Assembly (NCBI GenBank): GCA_030550735.1
Contig: JAUQOT010000001.1
Span: 1 to 60,208 of the forward strand
From: Patescibacteria group bacterium
GTDB lineage: Bacteria > Patescibacteriota > Minisyncoccia > UBA6257 > HR35
Direction of reading: 5' to 3'
Length of the DNA stretch: 60,208 nt
Position 1 is the stretch's first letter; each line of letters starts with the position of its first letter. The position numbers and the translations under genes were made by a program. Under the pieces are notes generated by a model, which had not been told where the DNA came from, searched no databases, and saw only the letters and a list, made by a program, of their open reading frames with translations. Shown here piece by piece: positions 1-9,219 of the stretch.

Positions 1-766
1 CAAATTCAAAATCACCAATTTTTGTTTTTATTCTTCCATCCTGAGGTCGAAAATGTTCATCTAATTGAAGATTACTCATAACTTTTATTCTTGCAATAAC
101 AGGATCTAAAAGATGTTTAGGTAAACGAGTAATTTCTTTTAGAATGCCATCAATACGAAAACGGACTAGAACTTCTTTTTCCAATGGTTCAATATGAATA
201 TCTGAAGCTCGTGAACTAAAAGCGTAACTTAAAAAATTATCAACTAATTTTTCAATTGAAGCTTCGGACTCAACACCAATAGTATAAATTGTTTGAAGAT
301 CTGATTTAAATTTCCTCTCATATTCTTCTCGATAAAATTTTTGATAATTTAAAAAAGCAATTCTTAAGTCGGCAGGGGTAATTAAATAAGGTTCAATTTT
401 TTTATGAGTAATATGCTCTAAAATTTTTATGGTTTCAAGGTCAAGCGGGTTTAACATTCCAACTTTTAAAACTTCACCTTCTAAAGAAAAGGGGACTAAA
501 TTTTTTTCAAACGCTAATCTTTCGGGAACTAAACTAAGAATGCTTGATGGAATTGAAATACCCTTTAAACTTATTCTTGGAACTTTAATCTCTTCGGAAA
601 TTAAATCATAAAAGTAATTTTCATCAATAATTCTTCTTTGAATAAGAATTTCATAAAATGGGATTTTTAATCTTTTACTTTCTTCTAAAATATTTTGATA
701 TAAATCTTCATCAATTAAACCTTTGTTAAAAAGAATTTGTTTTATTTTTTCTTCTGATAAAATCAT
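1..766 (-). CDS. pilB: Type IV pilus / type II secretion assembly ATPase (PilB/GspE family), N-terminal part; C-terminus runs off the window
   Basis: Own translation of the minus strand from ATG 766-764 gives MILSEEKIKQILFNKGLIDEDLYQ... (T2SSE_N-like). It continues ...ASDIHIEPLEKEVLVRFRIDGILKEI...RIKVMSNLQLDEHFRPQDGRIKTKIGDFEF, the conserved start of the GspE/PilB core. The frame stays open to base 2; it is absent from the ORF track because no stop lies in the window. Confidence 0.85.
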   Translation of the reverse strand, partial: MILSEEKIKQILFNKGLIDEDLYQNILEESKRLKIPFYEILIQRRIIDENYFYDLISEEIKVPRISLKGISIPSSILSLVPERLAFEKNLVPFSLEGEVLKVGMLNPLDLETIKILEHITHKKIEPYLITPADLRIAFLNYQKFYREEYERKFKSDLQTIYTIGVESEASIEKLVDNFLSYAFSSRASDIHIEPLEKEVLVRFRIDGILKEITRLPKHLLDPVIARIKVMSNLQLDEHFRPQDGRIKTKIGDFEF

Positions 767-1386
767 GGTTTAAAGAAAATTAAAAAAGAAATTTTTTGAA
801 AAAAAAGTGGTTCAAAAAGAAGAAAAATAAAACTATAAATGAGCCAAAAATTTCTAAAGGAGTAATATTTATTGTTTTCTTTCGAAAATAAAAGCGATAA
901 AACTGCCATTAATAATAGTATAATAAAAGAAAGAGAAATAATAAAGAAATTATAAGGAAAAGAAAAAAAGAGAGTAATTAAATAAATGATGTATTTTTCA
1001 TCCTCATAAAATGGATCCCTTTTAAAAGAAAAAATTATAAGTTTAAAAATCAAAAGAACTAAAATTAAACCCACTAAACGAAAGATAAAATCTCGAAAAA
1101 AATTAAAAAAAGAATAGTATAGAAAATAGAAAATTGATTGATAAGGCGGTAAAAGAAATTTGCTTAGGGGATGTTTTTTCCAGAGAAAATATTGTAAGAC
1201 ACTTAAAAGAATTGAGTAAAAAAAGAAAATTAAAAGAGTAAAAATTAAGATTTTTAAAAAAAATTTTTTTCTTTTATTTTCTTCCTTGATTATTAAAAAA
1301 AAAATTAAGGAAAATATGTTGACAATTAGACTTATTAAAAAATAAATATCTAGATTTAAAATTTGATTAAAATAACTTAAAACCAT
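763..1386 (-). CDS. Hypothetical polytopic membrane protein directly upstream of pilB
   Basis: 207-aa ORF made almost entirely of F/L/I-rich hydrophobic segments (about six helices). Its stop TGA 763-765 overlaps the pilB ATG (ATGA). No prepilin-peptidase GxGDxK-type motif seen, so function is left open. Confidence 0.55.
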   Translation of the reverse strand: MVLSYFNQILNLDIYFLISLIVNIFSLIFFLIIKEENKRKKFFLKILIFTLLIFFFYSILLSVLQYFLWKKHPLSKFLLPPYQSIFYFLYYSFFNFFRDFIFRLVGLILVLLIFKLIIFSFKRDPFYEDEKYIIYLITLFFSFPYNFFIISLSFIILLLMAVLSLLFSKENNKYYSFRNFWLIYSFIFLLFEPLFFQKISFLIFFKP

Positions 1387-1387
1387 A

Positions 1388-1864
1388 ATGAAAAATAAAA
1401 GCTTGACTCTTTTTGAGGTTCTTCTGGTATTAACTATTATATCTATTATTATAGGTTTTAGTTTTTATTTTTTTAATTTTTTTTCTCAATCAAATTTCGT
1501 CTTTGAAGAAACTTTAAACAATCTTGTTAAATTCATAGAAACCGCGAAAGAAAAATCAAAATTAGGAGAAGATGATGCTAATTGGGGAGTTGTTTTTGTT
1601 AATTCAACTACTAAAAATTTGGTTCAAATTGTTAAAAATAACTCAACTAATATTGTTTTTGTCTATGATTTACCTAATTTTGTTATTTATCTTGATCCAC
1701 CCAATAATTCTTCTAAATTAATCTTTTTTGAAAAATTCACAGGAAAAACAACATCAACAAAAGTTCTTCTAAAAAACAAAAATACAGGGCTTCAAAAATA
1801 TATTTGTATTCCAACCTCTTCCCCTAGTTTTGTTTCTCTTTCTTCGACTTGTTATGAATTTTAA
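1388..1864 (+). CDS. Type IV pilin / pseudopilin-like protein (class III signal peptide)
   Basis: N-terminus MKNKS/LTLFEVLLVLTIISIIIG has a short basic leader, a small residue at -1, Glu at +5 and a hydrophobic helix. The only two Cys are 15 residues apart at the C-terminus (YICIP...STCYEF), like a pilin D-region disulfide loop. Confidence 0.75.
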   Translation: MKNKSLTLFEVLLVLTIISIIIGFSFYFFNFFSQSNFVFEETLNNLVKFIETAKEKSKLGEDDANWGVVFVNSTTKNLVQIVKNNSTNIVFVYDLPNFVIYLDPPNNSSKLIFFEKFTGKTTSTKVLLKNKNTGLQKYICIPTSSPSFVSLSSTCYEF

Positions 1865-1908
1865 ATAATGATAAAATTTTATAAGTCGAAATTATATAAT
1901 TTATTAAA

Positions 1909-2598
1909 ATGTTTCAAAATAAAGAGTCTTTAATTTATCTTACTTTAACTGTAGTTATTTTAAGTGCTGGTTTTTATTATTTAGTAAAGAATATAAAAAT
2001 AAGTAATGTTCCGGGAATAGTTTCTGAAAAAAATCAAGAAGAAATAATAAATGTTTGGGAAGGTGATTTGCCTCCTCTTGGTAATCCTCAGGCACCCGTA
2101 AAAGTTATTGAATTTGGTGATTTTCATTGTCCATTTTGCGTAATAACCGCTATTCAATTTTATCCTGAATTGGAAAAATATCTTCAAAGCGGAAAAGTGG
2201 TTTTTTATTTTAGAGACTTCCCTATTCCCCAACTTCATCCTAAAGCTTTTCTGGTTCATTTAGGAAGTCGATGTGCTAACGAACAAGGTAAGTATTGGGA
2301 TTTTCATAAAAAAGCTTTTGAAGATTATTACCAAAAAGTAATGGTGAATAGAGATCCTAATTTCACTACAGGCGATGAAAACTATTTAATTGAATTAGCA
2401 AAACAATTAAATTTGAATGTTGACCAATTTAAAGAATGTCTTACGAATCAAAAATATAAATCACAAATTGAAAGAGATATTCAAGATGGAAACAAAATTG
2501 GCGTCGACGGAACACCGACTTTTTTTGTTAATGGAGAAAAAGTTATCGGCGCCGATTTTGAAGGTCTAAAAATTAAAATTGAAAAATATCTAAAATGA
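1909..2598 (+). CDS. Membrane-anchored DsbA-family thiol:disulfide oxidoreductase
   Basis: N-terminal TM anchor (LIYLTLTVVILSAGFYYLV), thioredoxin-fold CPFC active site (FGDFHCPFC) and cis-Pro loop VDGTPTFFVNG. Confidence 0.85.
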   Translation: MFQNKESLIYLTLTVVILSAGFYYLVKNIKISNVPGIVSEKNQEEIINVWEGDLPPLGNPQAPVKVIEFGDFHCPFCVITAIQFYPELEKYLQSGKVVFYFRDFPIPQLHPKAFLVHLGSRCANEQGKYWDFHKKAFEDYYQKVMVNRDPNFTTGDENYLIELAKQLNLNVDQFKECLTNQKYKSQIERDIQDGNKIGVDGTPTFFVNGEKVIGADFEGLKIKIEKYLK

Positions 2599-2843
2599 AA
2601 AAAGTAATAATTTATACAACAACTTGGTGCCCATGGTGTCAGAAAACAAAACAATTTTTAAATCAAATAAATGTTCCCTTTGAAGAAAGAAATGTCGAGC
2701 TTAATGAAGATTGGGCAAAAGAACTTTTCGAAAAATCTGGTCAATTAGGGGTTCCTGTTATTTTAATAATTGATGAAGAAAGTGGTAAAGAAAATGTAAT
2801 TATCGGCTATGATCCATTAGGAATCACTCAAGCTTTAAAATAA
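2595..2843 (+). CDS. Glutaredoxin/NrdH-like small redoxin
   Basis: 82 aa with IYTTTWCPWCQKTKQFL (CxxC) and GVPVILI. Its start overlaps the upstream stop (ATGA). Confidence 0.8.
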   Translation: MKKVIIYTTTWCPWCQKTKQFLNQINVPFEERNVELNEDWAKELFEKSGQLGVPVILIIDEESGKENVIIGYDPLGITQALK

Positions 2844-2844
2844 A

Positions 2845-3768
2845 ATGACAACAATTTATGATTCAATTATTATTGGAGCTTCAGCAGCAGGAATTTCGGC
2901 GGCTATTTATTTAAAAAGACAAGGGCTCAATTTTTTAATTATTACAAAAGATATTGGAGGAGAAATGGCTCTTTCAGGAATTGTTGAAAATTATCCTGGA
3001 TTTCCAAAAACAACTGGATTAGAACTAGCCCAGAAATTTGAAGAACATTTAAAAAGTTATGGTATTGAACCTATTTTTGATGAAGTTATTCAATTAAAAA
3101 AAGAAGACAAATTTTTTGAAGTCATAACCAAATCAGAAAACAAATATAATTCAAAAACAATTGTAGTTGCAACAGGAAGCACTCCTAAAAAATTAAATAT
3201 TCCTGGTGAAATCAATTTTTTTCATAAAGGAGTAAGTTATTGTTCTGTTTGTGATATGCCGCTTTTTAAAGGTAAAACTGTGGCTATTATTGGTGGAGGA
3301 AATTCGGCTCTTGAAGCAGGTATAATGGCAAGTAATATATGTAAAAAGGGTTATATTATAAATAAAAATCCGAGTTTTAAGGGCGATAAAATTTTAATTG
3401 AAGAAGTTCTTAAAAAACCCAACATTGAAATTATTTATAACGCTTTGACCCAAGAAATTTTTGGTGATTCAGTAGTCAAAGGATTAAGATACTTGGACAA
3501 AACGACAAATGAAATAAAAGAATTAAATGTTGATGGCATTTTTATTCATATTGGCTTAAAACCAAATACTGAGTTTATTCCTAATGAATGGGAAATAAAA
3601 AATGAATTCGGAGAAATAATAGTTAATAAATTTTGTGAAACAAATTTACCCGGTCTTTTCGCTGCTGGAGATGTTACTGATTTTCCTCATAAGCAAATAG
3701 GAGTTGCTGTTGGTCAAGGAATTTCTGCTGGTCTTGGAGTAGTTAACTATTTAAATAAAAATAAATAA
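2845..3768 (+). CDS. trxB: Thioredoxin-disulfide reductase (low-Mr type)
   Basis: FAD motif IIGASAAGISAA, redox CSVCD, NADPH motif IIGGGNSALEAG and AAGDVTD; 307 aa. Confidence 0.85.
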   Translation: MTTIYDSIIIGASAAGISAAIYLKRQGLNFLIITKDIGGEMALSGIVENYPGFPKTTGLELAQKFEEHLKSYGIEPIFDEVIQLKKEDKFFEVITKSENKYNSKTIVVATGSTPKKLNIPGEINFFHKGVSYCSVCDMPLFKGKTVAIIGGGNSALEAGIMASNICKKGYIINKNPSFKGDKILIEEVLKKPNIEIIYNALTQEIFGDSVVKGLRYLDKTTNEIKELNVDGIFIHIGLKPNTEFIPNEWEIKNEFGEIIVNKFCETNLPGLFAAGDVTDFPHKQIGVAVGQGISAGLGVVNYLNKNK

Positions 3769-3777
3769 AAATAAATT

Positions 3778-4143
3778 TTAAAAAGAAATTGAAGAAATTT
3801 TTAGTTTCTTTTTAATTTCTCGTGGATGAAGCTTCCGAATAAAGTAAAGTTTAGCTCTTCTTGTTTTGGCAATTCCTAAAATTTCGATTTTTTCAATTAA
3901 GGGGGAGTGAAGCGGATAAGTTTTTTCGATTATTTGTCCTCCAGCTTTTCCTCTAACTGTAAACATAACTCTTGTACCCTTTTTTCTTTTAACGCTAATT
4001 ACTATCCCTTCAAATGATTGAACAAATTCTCTTTTCTCCTCTTTAATTTTTTGCCAAACCTTAACTAGCATTCCCGATTTAATTTCAGGAATATCCTTTC
4101 TAAGATATTTTTCTTCTACTAATTTTATTAGTTGGTTCGTCAT
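3778..4143 (-). CDS. rplS: Ribosomal protein L19
   Basis: MTNQLIKLVEEKYLRKDIPEIKSGMLVKV...FEGIVISVKRKKG...HSPLIEKIEI. First ATG is at 4143; the track start 4188 is a TTG giving a non-homologous extension. Confidence 0.9.
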   Translation of the reverse strand: MTNQLIKLVEEKYLRKDIPEIKSGMLVKVWQKIKEEKREFVQSFEGIVISVKRKKGTRVMFTVRGKAGGQIIEKTYPLHSPLIEKIEILGIAKTRRAKLYFIRKLHPREIKKKLKISSISF

Positions 4144-4165
4144 AATAATTTTATTATAAACTAAT

Positions 4166-5347
4166 TTACATCCTTCGCAAAACTTCAATTGCTTTTTTAA
4201 TTACTGGATCATCTAATTCTGTTTTTATTTTTTCTTTTTCTATTTCTTTAACTTCATAATCCGGTTTAAGACCATTACCTTCTAATTTCAAACCCTTAGG
4301 AGTAAGCCAATAAGCAATAGTAAGTTTTAAAAGTTTTCCGTCAAGATTAAAAACTTGTTGAACACTACCTTTACCATAACTCTTTTCTCCGATTAATTTA
4401 AAGCCCAAATTATCTCTTAAAGCTCCTGATAAAATTTCCGAAGCCGAAGCCGAACCATTATTTATGAGAACAACCATTTTTATATCCTTTAAAATTCCTG
4501 GGCCATTTGAATAAATTTTAGTAACCGATTGATCTCTCTTTTGTTCTTGAAGAATAATTTTTCCTCGAGGAACAAATAATTCTGAAATCTGAATAGCAAC
4601 ATCTAAATAACCGCCGGGGTTGTTTCTTAAATCTAAAATATAATATTTTGCTCCTCGCTTTTTGAGGTTATTATAAGCTTTCAAAAACTCGGGATAGCTT
4701 TTTATGTTGAAAGAATTTAATTTAATATAACCTATATTTTTTTCTAAGATTTTATACTTAATAATAGGAATATTTATTATTTCTCTAATAATTTCAATAT
4801 CTCGTGGCTCTACCCATTCATCACGATAAATAGTTAAAACAACCTTAGTACCCGGTTTACCTCTTATTTTGCTTACAGCAACATCTAGGAGCATGTTTTC
4901 GGTACTTTCACCATTAATCTTTAAAATTTTGTCTCCACTTTTAATACCAGCCCTATCAGCAGGTGTACCTTCTAAAGGAGCAATAACTGTTAAAACTCCA
5001 TTTTTAATTCCAATTTCCATTCCCACTCCACCAAACGATCCTGTCATGTCTTCTTCAAAAATTTTTGCCTGAGTTTCATCAAAAATTTCTGAATAAGGAT
5101 CGTCTAAAGATCTTAAAAGCCCCCGAGAGGCTTCGAGAATTGCTTTTTTCTTGTCTATTTTCGATGGATCAACAAAATGTTTATTAATTATTTCCCATGT
5201 TTTATAAAAAATTGAAAGTTCATTATTATCAAAATAAGAAAATGATTGATTAGCTTTTAAAAAATTATTATGTTGAAAATTAAAAATAAAGAAAACGATC
5301 AAAAATGGTAAAATATAAAAATAATTTTTTCTTAAAAACTTAATCAT
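4166..5347 (-). CDS. ctpA: Carboxy-terminal processing peptidase (S41 family) with PDZ domain
   Basis: N-terminal signal anchor, PDZ (GIKSGDKILKINGES) and S41 motifs NNGSASASEILSGAL and YGKGSVQ. Confidence 0.85.
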   Translation of the reverse strand: MIKFLRKNYFYILPFLIVFFIFNFQHNNFLKANQSFSYFDNNELSIFYKTWEIINKHFVDPSKIDKKKAILEASRGLLRSLDDPYSEIFDETQAKIFEEDMTGSFGGVGMEIGIKNGVLTVIAPLEGTPADRAGIKSGDKILKINGESTENMLLDVAVSKIRGKPGTKVVLTIYRDEWVEPRDIEIIREIINIPIIKYKILEKNIGYIKLNSFNIKSYPEFLKAYNNLKKRGAKYYILDLRNNPGGYLDVAIQISELFVPRGKIILQEQKRDQSVTKIYSNGPGILKDIKMVVLINNGSASASEILSGALRDNLGFKLIGEKSYGKGSVQQVFNLDGKLLKLTIAYWLTPKGLKLEGNGLKPDYEVKEIEKEKIKTELDDPVIKKAIEVLRRM

Positions 5348-6008
5348 GTTTTACGTAAAAATAAAAGGTATGGTTATTTACCGAGAAAAATTAAAAGAAA
5401 ACGACGGGTATGTATATATTTTAACAAATAAAGGAGAAGTTCTAAAATTTTTAGCTTCGGGAATTTTCCAATTAAAAAGCAAGAATTTATCTCTTTTTCA
5501 ATTAGCTAATTTTCTTCAAATATTCGGAATAAAGGAAAATGATTCATATAAAGTTATCTCGGTTCTACCTTTAAGAATCGGATTTCTCCATTTTAAAAAA
5601 TATCCTTTAATTTATCTTTGGGTTTTATTTTTAATAAAAAATTTAAATATCCCATTTTTAGAAGAAAAAACTTTTTCTCTTGTTTACAATTTAGATAAAT
5701 TCGTTATCCAAAATCCTAAAACTTTTATTCACTGGTTTTCTTATCATTTAATCAAAAATTTAGGTTTTGAACCGGAACTGCAAAGATGTTTTGCTTGTCA
5801 AAAAAAATTAAAGAAAGAAATCTATTTTGACAATTATGCTTATTTATATTGTAAAAAATGTCGAAAGCCTGCTTTTCTTAAAATAAGTTACCAAGATTAT
5901 CTTAAGGCTTTAAAAATCAGAAATAAAAATAAGGTACCACCAGAAGTACCAAATTTCCTAAAAAAAATAATTAAAGTTTATTTAATAAAAACTAAAAATT
6001 TAATTTAA
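5346..6008 (+). CDS. recO: DNA repair protein RecO
   Basis: N-terminal OB-like KIKGMVIYREKLKENDGYVYILT aligns with the RecO N-terminus. C-terminal zinc motif CFACQKK...YCKKC. Confidence 0.7.
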   Translation: MFYVKIKGMVIYREKLKENDGYVYILTNKGEVLKFLASGIFQLKSKNLSLFQLANFLQIFGIKENDSYKVISVLPLRIGFLHFKKYPLIYLWVLFLIKNLNIPFLEEKTFSLVYNLDKFVIQNPKTFIHWFSYHLIKNLGFEPELQRCFACQKKLKKEIYFDNYAYLYCKKCRKPAFLKISYQDYLKALKIRNKNKVPPEVPNFLKKIIKVYLIKTKNLI

Positions 6009-6018
6009 AATTAAATTG

Positions 6019-7863
6019 ATGGTTTTTTTAGAAGATTTAGAAAAAGAATTAAGAGAAAAAGAAAGTCCTAGAAAAAAACCAACTAAAATAAAGATTGAAA
6101 AAAAAGAAGAATTTGAAGAAAAAGAAGTTAAAGAATTTAAGTTTGAAAAACCAAAATTTTATCTTAATTGGAACAAAATTATAAATCGACTTCTTATTTT
6201 TTCGGGTTTAATATTTTTAACTTCTATAATAATTTTTTTGGGTTTTAATTTAGTTAAAAAAGAACCGGTTAAAGAATTAAAAACGAATATTTTTGGACCA
6301 CGTGAGGTAAATTCTCTCGAAGAAAATATTTATACTATCGAAGTAAATAATTACTCTTCTCAATACTTAACTGACGTAAATTTAAATGTTTTTCTAACTG
6401 ATGGTATTTATTTTAAAGATGAGGATACAAAAGAAAAAACTTTTTCTCTGGGTAATCTTGAACCAAATACCTCAACAAAAGTTTACCTTAATTTGAATTT
6501 TATCAATGAAGGCGATAAAGATGAAGAAATAAGAGTTGTTTTGAGATACAAAATTAAAAATAAACCATATGTTTTTGAAAAAGAAGAAAAATTTAGTGTT
6601 TTAGTAAAAAATCCTCCAATAGTAATTATCCCTGAAATTCCCTCAAAAGTTTTTGTTTTCCAACCAATTCAGCTAAATTTCAAAATAATTAATACTTCTA
6701 AAGAGGTTTTAAAGAATTTCAAGATAAAAATAGATATTCCTAAAGAATTTATTTTAGAAAATTCTTTACCACCTTTAAACGATAAAGAAACCGAATGGTT
6801 TTTGGGCGAACTCAAACAAGGAGAGTCACAGACTGTTTCTCTTTTGGGTAAATTTAATGATACTTCCCTTTATCCGTTTTTTTATCCAAAAATAAGCTTT
6901 GGTTGGAGAGATCAGGTTTTTGTTTTAACTCAAAAGGGTTACAAAATAAATCTTCTTGAAAGTCCTGTGAGCATAACTATTCAAAGTTACCCATCAAGTA
7001 AAAGTATTTATCCGGGTACGGGGCTTAATTATACAATCCTAATTAAAAATAATTCAAAAATAACCCTAAGAGAAAATATAGTTAAAGTAACTTTTAACGA
7101 GCTTTTTGATTTAAATAGCGTGAATGTTAGTAATGGCTATTACTCAACTTTAGATAAAGCTATTTATTTTAATAGTCGATATGAACCAAAATTACTTGAA
7201 TTGAATCCAGGTGATATAGTTAAATTAAACTTTAGTGCCAGGTTAATAAATTCTTATCCCATTTTAGGGGAGAAAAATAAAAATTTTGTTTCTAAGGTTT
7301 TTGTTGAATTTAAAACTCCAAGTATTCCGCCGGAAATCAAAGAAATTTTTCCCGGAGAATATTCTCTTAAAATTGAAGATGAAAAATATTATATCGGTAA
7401 ATATGAAATTACTTCATTTTTAGTTTATAAAGACAATTTATTCGAAAATTCTGGTCCATTTCCGTTAGTTAACGAAATGCCAACAACTTTTTCTTGGTAT
7501 ATAAAAATTAAAACGATTGGAGAGGATTTCGAAAATTTTTCTTTTAGCGGTAAATTACCACCGTATGTTAATTTTACCGGTAAAGTTGGTGGTGATGCTT
7601 ATTCTGAAAATTTTAAATTTGATAATAAAACCGGTGATTTTTCTTATAATTTAAATTTTATTCCGGCGAATACTGGTTATCAAACTAAAGAATTAGAACT
7701 TGTTTTTCAAATTATTGTTATTCCACCAGCTAATTTATCAACCCAATTTTTAGAAATTATGCCTGGAGTTAAATATCAAATTTCAAGTTCATTTACTAAA
7801 ACAAACTTTTCTGATGTTTTGGACGGAATTACGGCAAATGAAATTGTTTATGAATTAAAATAA
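6019..7863 (+). CDS. Membrane-anchored surface protein with repeated Ig-like (CARDB/DUF11-like) modules
   Basis: K/E-rich N-terminus, one TM (LLIFSGLIFLTSIIIFLGF), then at least three units of similar pattern (...NLNVFL...FSLGNLEPNTSTKVYLNLNF; ...NFKIIN...WFLGELKQGESQTVSLLGKF; ...TILIKN...ELNPGDIVKLNFSARL). First ATG is 6019; 6016 is TTG. Confidence 0.6.
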   Translation: MVFLEDLEKELREKESPRKKPTKIKIEKKEEFEEKEVKEFKFEKPKFYLNWNKIINRLLIFSGLIFLTSIIIFLGFNLVKKEPVKELKTNIFGPREVNSLEENIYTIEVNNYSSQYLTDVNLNVFLTDGIYFKDEDTKEKTFSLGNLEPNTSTKVYLNLNFINEGDKDEEIRVVLRYKIKNKPYVFEKEEKFSVLVKNPPIVIIPEIPSKVFVFQPIQLNFKIINTSKEVLKNFKIKIDIPKEFILENSLPPLNDKETEWFLGELKQGESQTVSLLGKFNDTSLYPFFYPKISFGWRDQVFVLTQKGYKINLLESPVSITIQSYPSSKSIYPGTGLNYTILIKNNSKITLRENIVKVTFNELFDLNSVNVSNGYYSTLDKAIYFNSRYEPKLLELNPGDIVKLNFSARLINSYPILGEKNKNFVSKVFVEFKTPSIPPEIKEIFPGEYSLKIEDEKYYIGKYEITSFLVYKDNLFENSGPFPLVNEMPTTFSWYIKIKTIGEDFENFSFSGKLPPYVNFTGKVGGDAYSENFKFDNKTGDFSYNLNFIPANTGYQTKELELVFQIIVIPPANLSTQFLEIMPGVKYQISSSFTKTNFSDVLDGITANEIVYELK

Positions 7864-7876
7864 TTTATATAAATAA

Positions 7877-9214
7877 ATGAAGGATTTAGAATTATTAATC
7901 AATATATTGAAACAAAGAGGTTTTGTTTATCAATCACAAGAAATTTATGGAGGTTTAAGAGGTGTTTATGATTGGGGTCATCTTGGGGTTATTATGAAAA
8001 ACAAAATTAAAAGTTTTTGGCTAAAGGATGTTGTTTTCAAAAGAGAAAATATTTTTTTAATTGAATCTAGTATTTTAGGGTTAAAAAGAACTTATGAAGC
8101 CTCAGGACATCTTCAGTATTTTAATGATCCTTTGGTAGAATGTAAAAATTGCCATCAAAGATTTAGGGCTGATCATTTAATTAAAGGGGATTATGGAGAA
8201 GTAGAATTTAAAGAAGGTAAAGCTTTGTGTCCGATATGTAAAGGTGAATTAACTGAAGAAAGAAGTTTTAATTTAATGTTTAAAACTTATATTGGTCCAG
8301 TAGAGGAATTAGCCTCGGTTGCTTATTTAAGACCAGAAACAGCCCAAGGAATGTTTTATAATTTTAAAAATATTCTAAATAGTTATCGACCTAAACTTCC
8401 TTTTGGAATCGCTCAAATCGGTAAAGCTTTTCGAAATGAGATAACTCCAAAAAATTTTCTTTTCAGAATAAGAGAATTCGAACAAATGGAATTAGAATTT
8501 TTTGTTAAACCGGAGGAAGCTGAAAAATGGTTTAATTATTGGGTTGAAGAAAGATATAATTGGTATTTGAAATTGGGTTTCAAAAAAGAAAATTTAAGAA
8601 AATATATTTATCCTAAAGAAGAATTAGCTCATTATTCGGCAGGAACAATAGATATTGAGTATAATTATCCTTTCGGTTTTAAAGAACTTGAAGGAATTGC
8701 TAATCGAACAGATTATGATTTAAAAAGACACTCAGAATTTTCTAATGAAGAATTAAAATATTTTGATGAAAAAAACAAAGAAAAAATCTATCCCTACGTA
8801 ATTGAACCTTCAGTTGGAGTTGAAAGACTTATGTTTGCTATTTTTTGTGAATTTTATGACGAAGATGAGATTGAAGGCGAAGTAAGAAGAGTTTTTCGCT
8901 TTCCTTCTTTTCTTGCTCCAATTGAGGTTGCTGTTTTTCCTCTTTTGAGCAATCGCAAAAAACTAGTTGAAAAAGCTAAAGAAATTTATTTTGAATTAAA
9001 AAATGAAGGTTTTATTGTTTTTTATGATGACTCGGGTTCGATTGGTAGAAGATATCGAAGACAAGACGAAATTGGAACACCTTTTTGCTTAACTATTGAT
9101 TTTCAAACTTTAGAAGATGAAACAATAACTATAAGAGATAGAGATACAACAAAACAAGAAAGATTAAAGATTCCTGAAATAAAGGATTTTCTTAGAGAAA
9201 AACTAAATTTTTAA
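7877..9214 (+). CDS. glyQS: Glycyl-tRNA synthetase (single-chain alpha2 type)
   Basis: MKDLELLINILKQRGFVYQSQEIYGG...YLRPETAQG...FRNEITP...SVGVERL; 445 aa. Confidence 0.93.
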   Translation: MKDLELLINILKQRGFVYQSQEIYGGLRGVYDWGHLGVIMKNKIKSFWLKDVVFKRENIFLIESSILGLKRTYEASGHLQYFNDPLVECKNCHQRFRADHLIKGDYGEVEFKEGKALCPICKGELTEERSFNLMFKTYIGPVEELASVAYLRPETAQGMFYNFKNILNSYRPKLPFGIAQIGKAFRNEITPKNFLFRIREFEQMELEFFVKPEEAEKWFNYWVEERYNWYLKLGFKKENLRKYIYPKEELAHYSAGTIDIEYNYPFGFKELEGIANRTDYDLKRHSEFSNEELKYFDEKNKEKIYPYVIEPSVGVERLMFAIFCEFYDEDEIEGEVRRVFRFPSFLAPIEVAVFPLLSNRKKLVEKAKEIYFELKNEGFIVFYDDSGSIGRRYRRQDEIGTPFCLTIDFQTLEDETITIRDRDTTKQERLKIPEIKDFLREKLNF

Positions 9215-9219
9215 ATTTG

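Noticed and set aside
763-1386. The 207-aa membrane protein upstream of pilB as prepilin peptidase PilD
   Set aside because: No GxGDxK-type or paired catalytic Asp motifs could be recognised, so it is left as hypothetical.
2595-2598. Possibility of an alternative genetic code (UGA reassigned, as in some candidate phyla)
   Set aside because: TGA works as a genuine stop at conserved gene ends (ATGA junctions at 763-766, 2595-2598, 14550-14553, 39798-39801, 48756-48759). Conserved proteins translate full-length with the standard code.
4144-4188. N-terminal extensions given by the track for rplS, rpsS (to 42070), rpsN (to 38597), rplF, rpsH, rplP, rplX, both mreB copies and priA-like
   Set aside because: These start at TTG/GTG codons, add non-homologous residues and create long overlaps with the upstream gene. 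The first ATG matches family N-termini and gives the usual TAATG/ATGA junctions.
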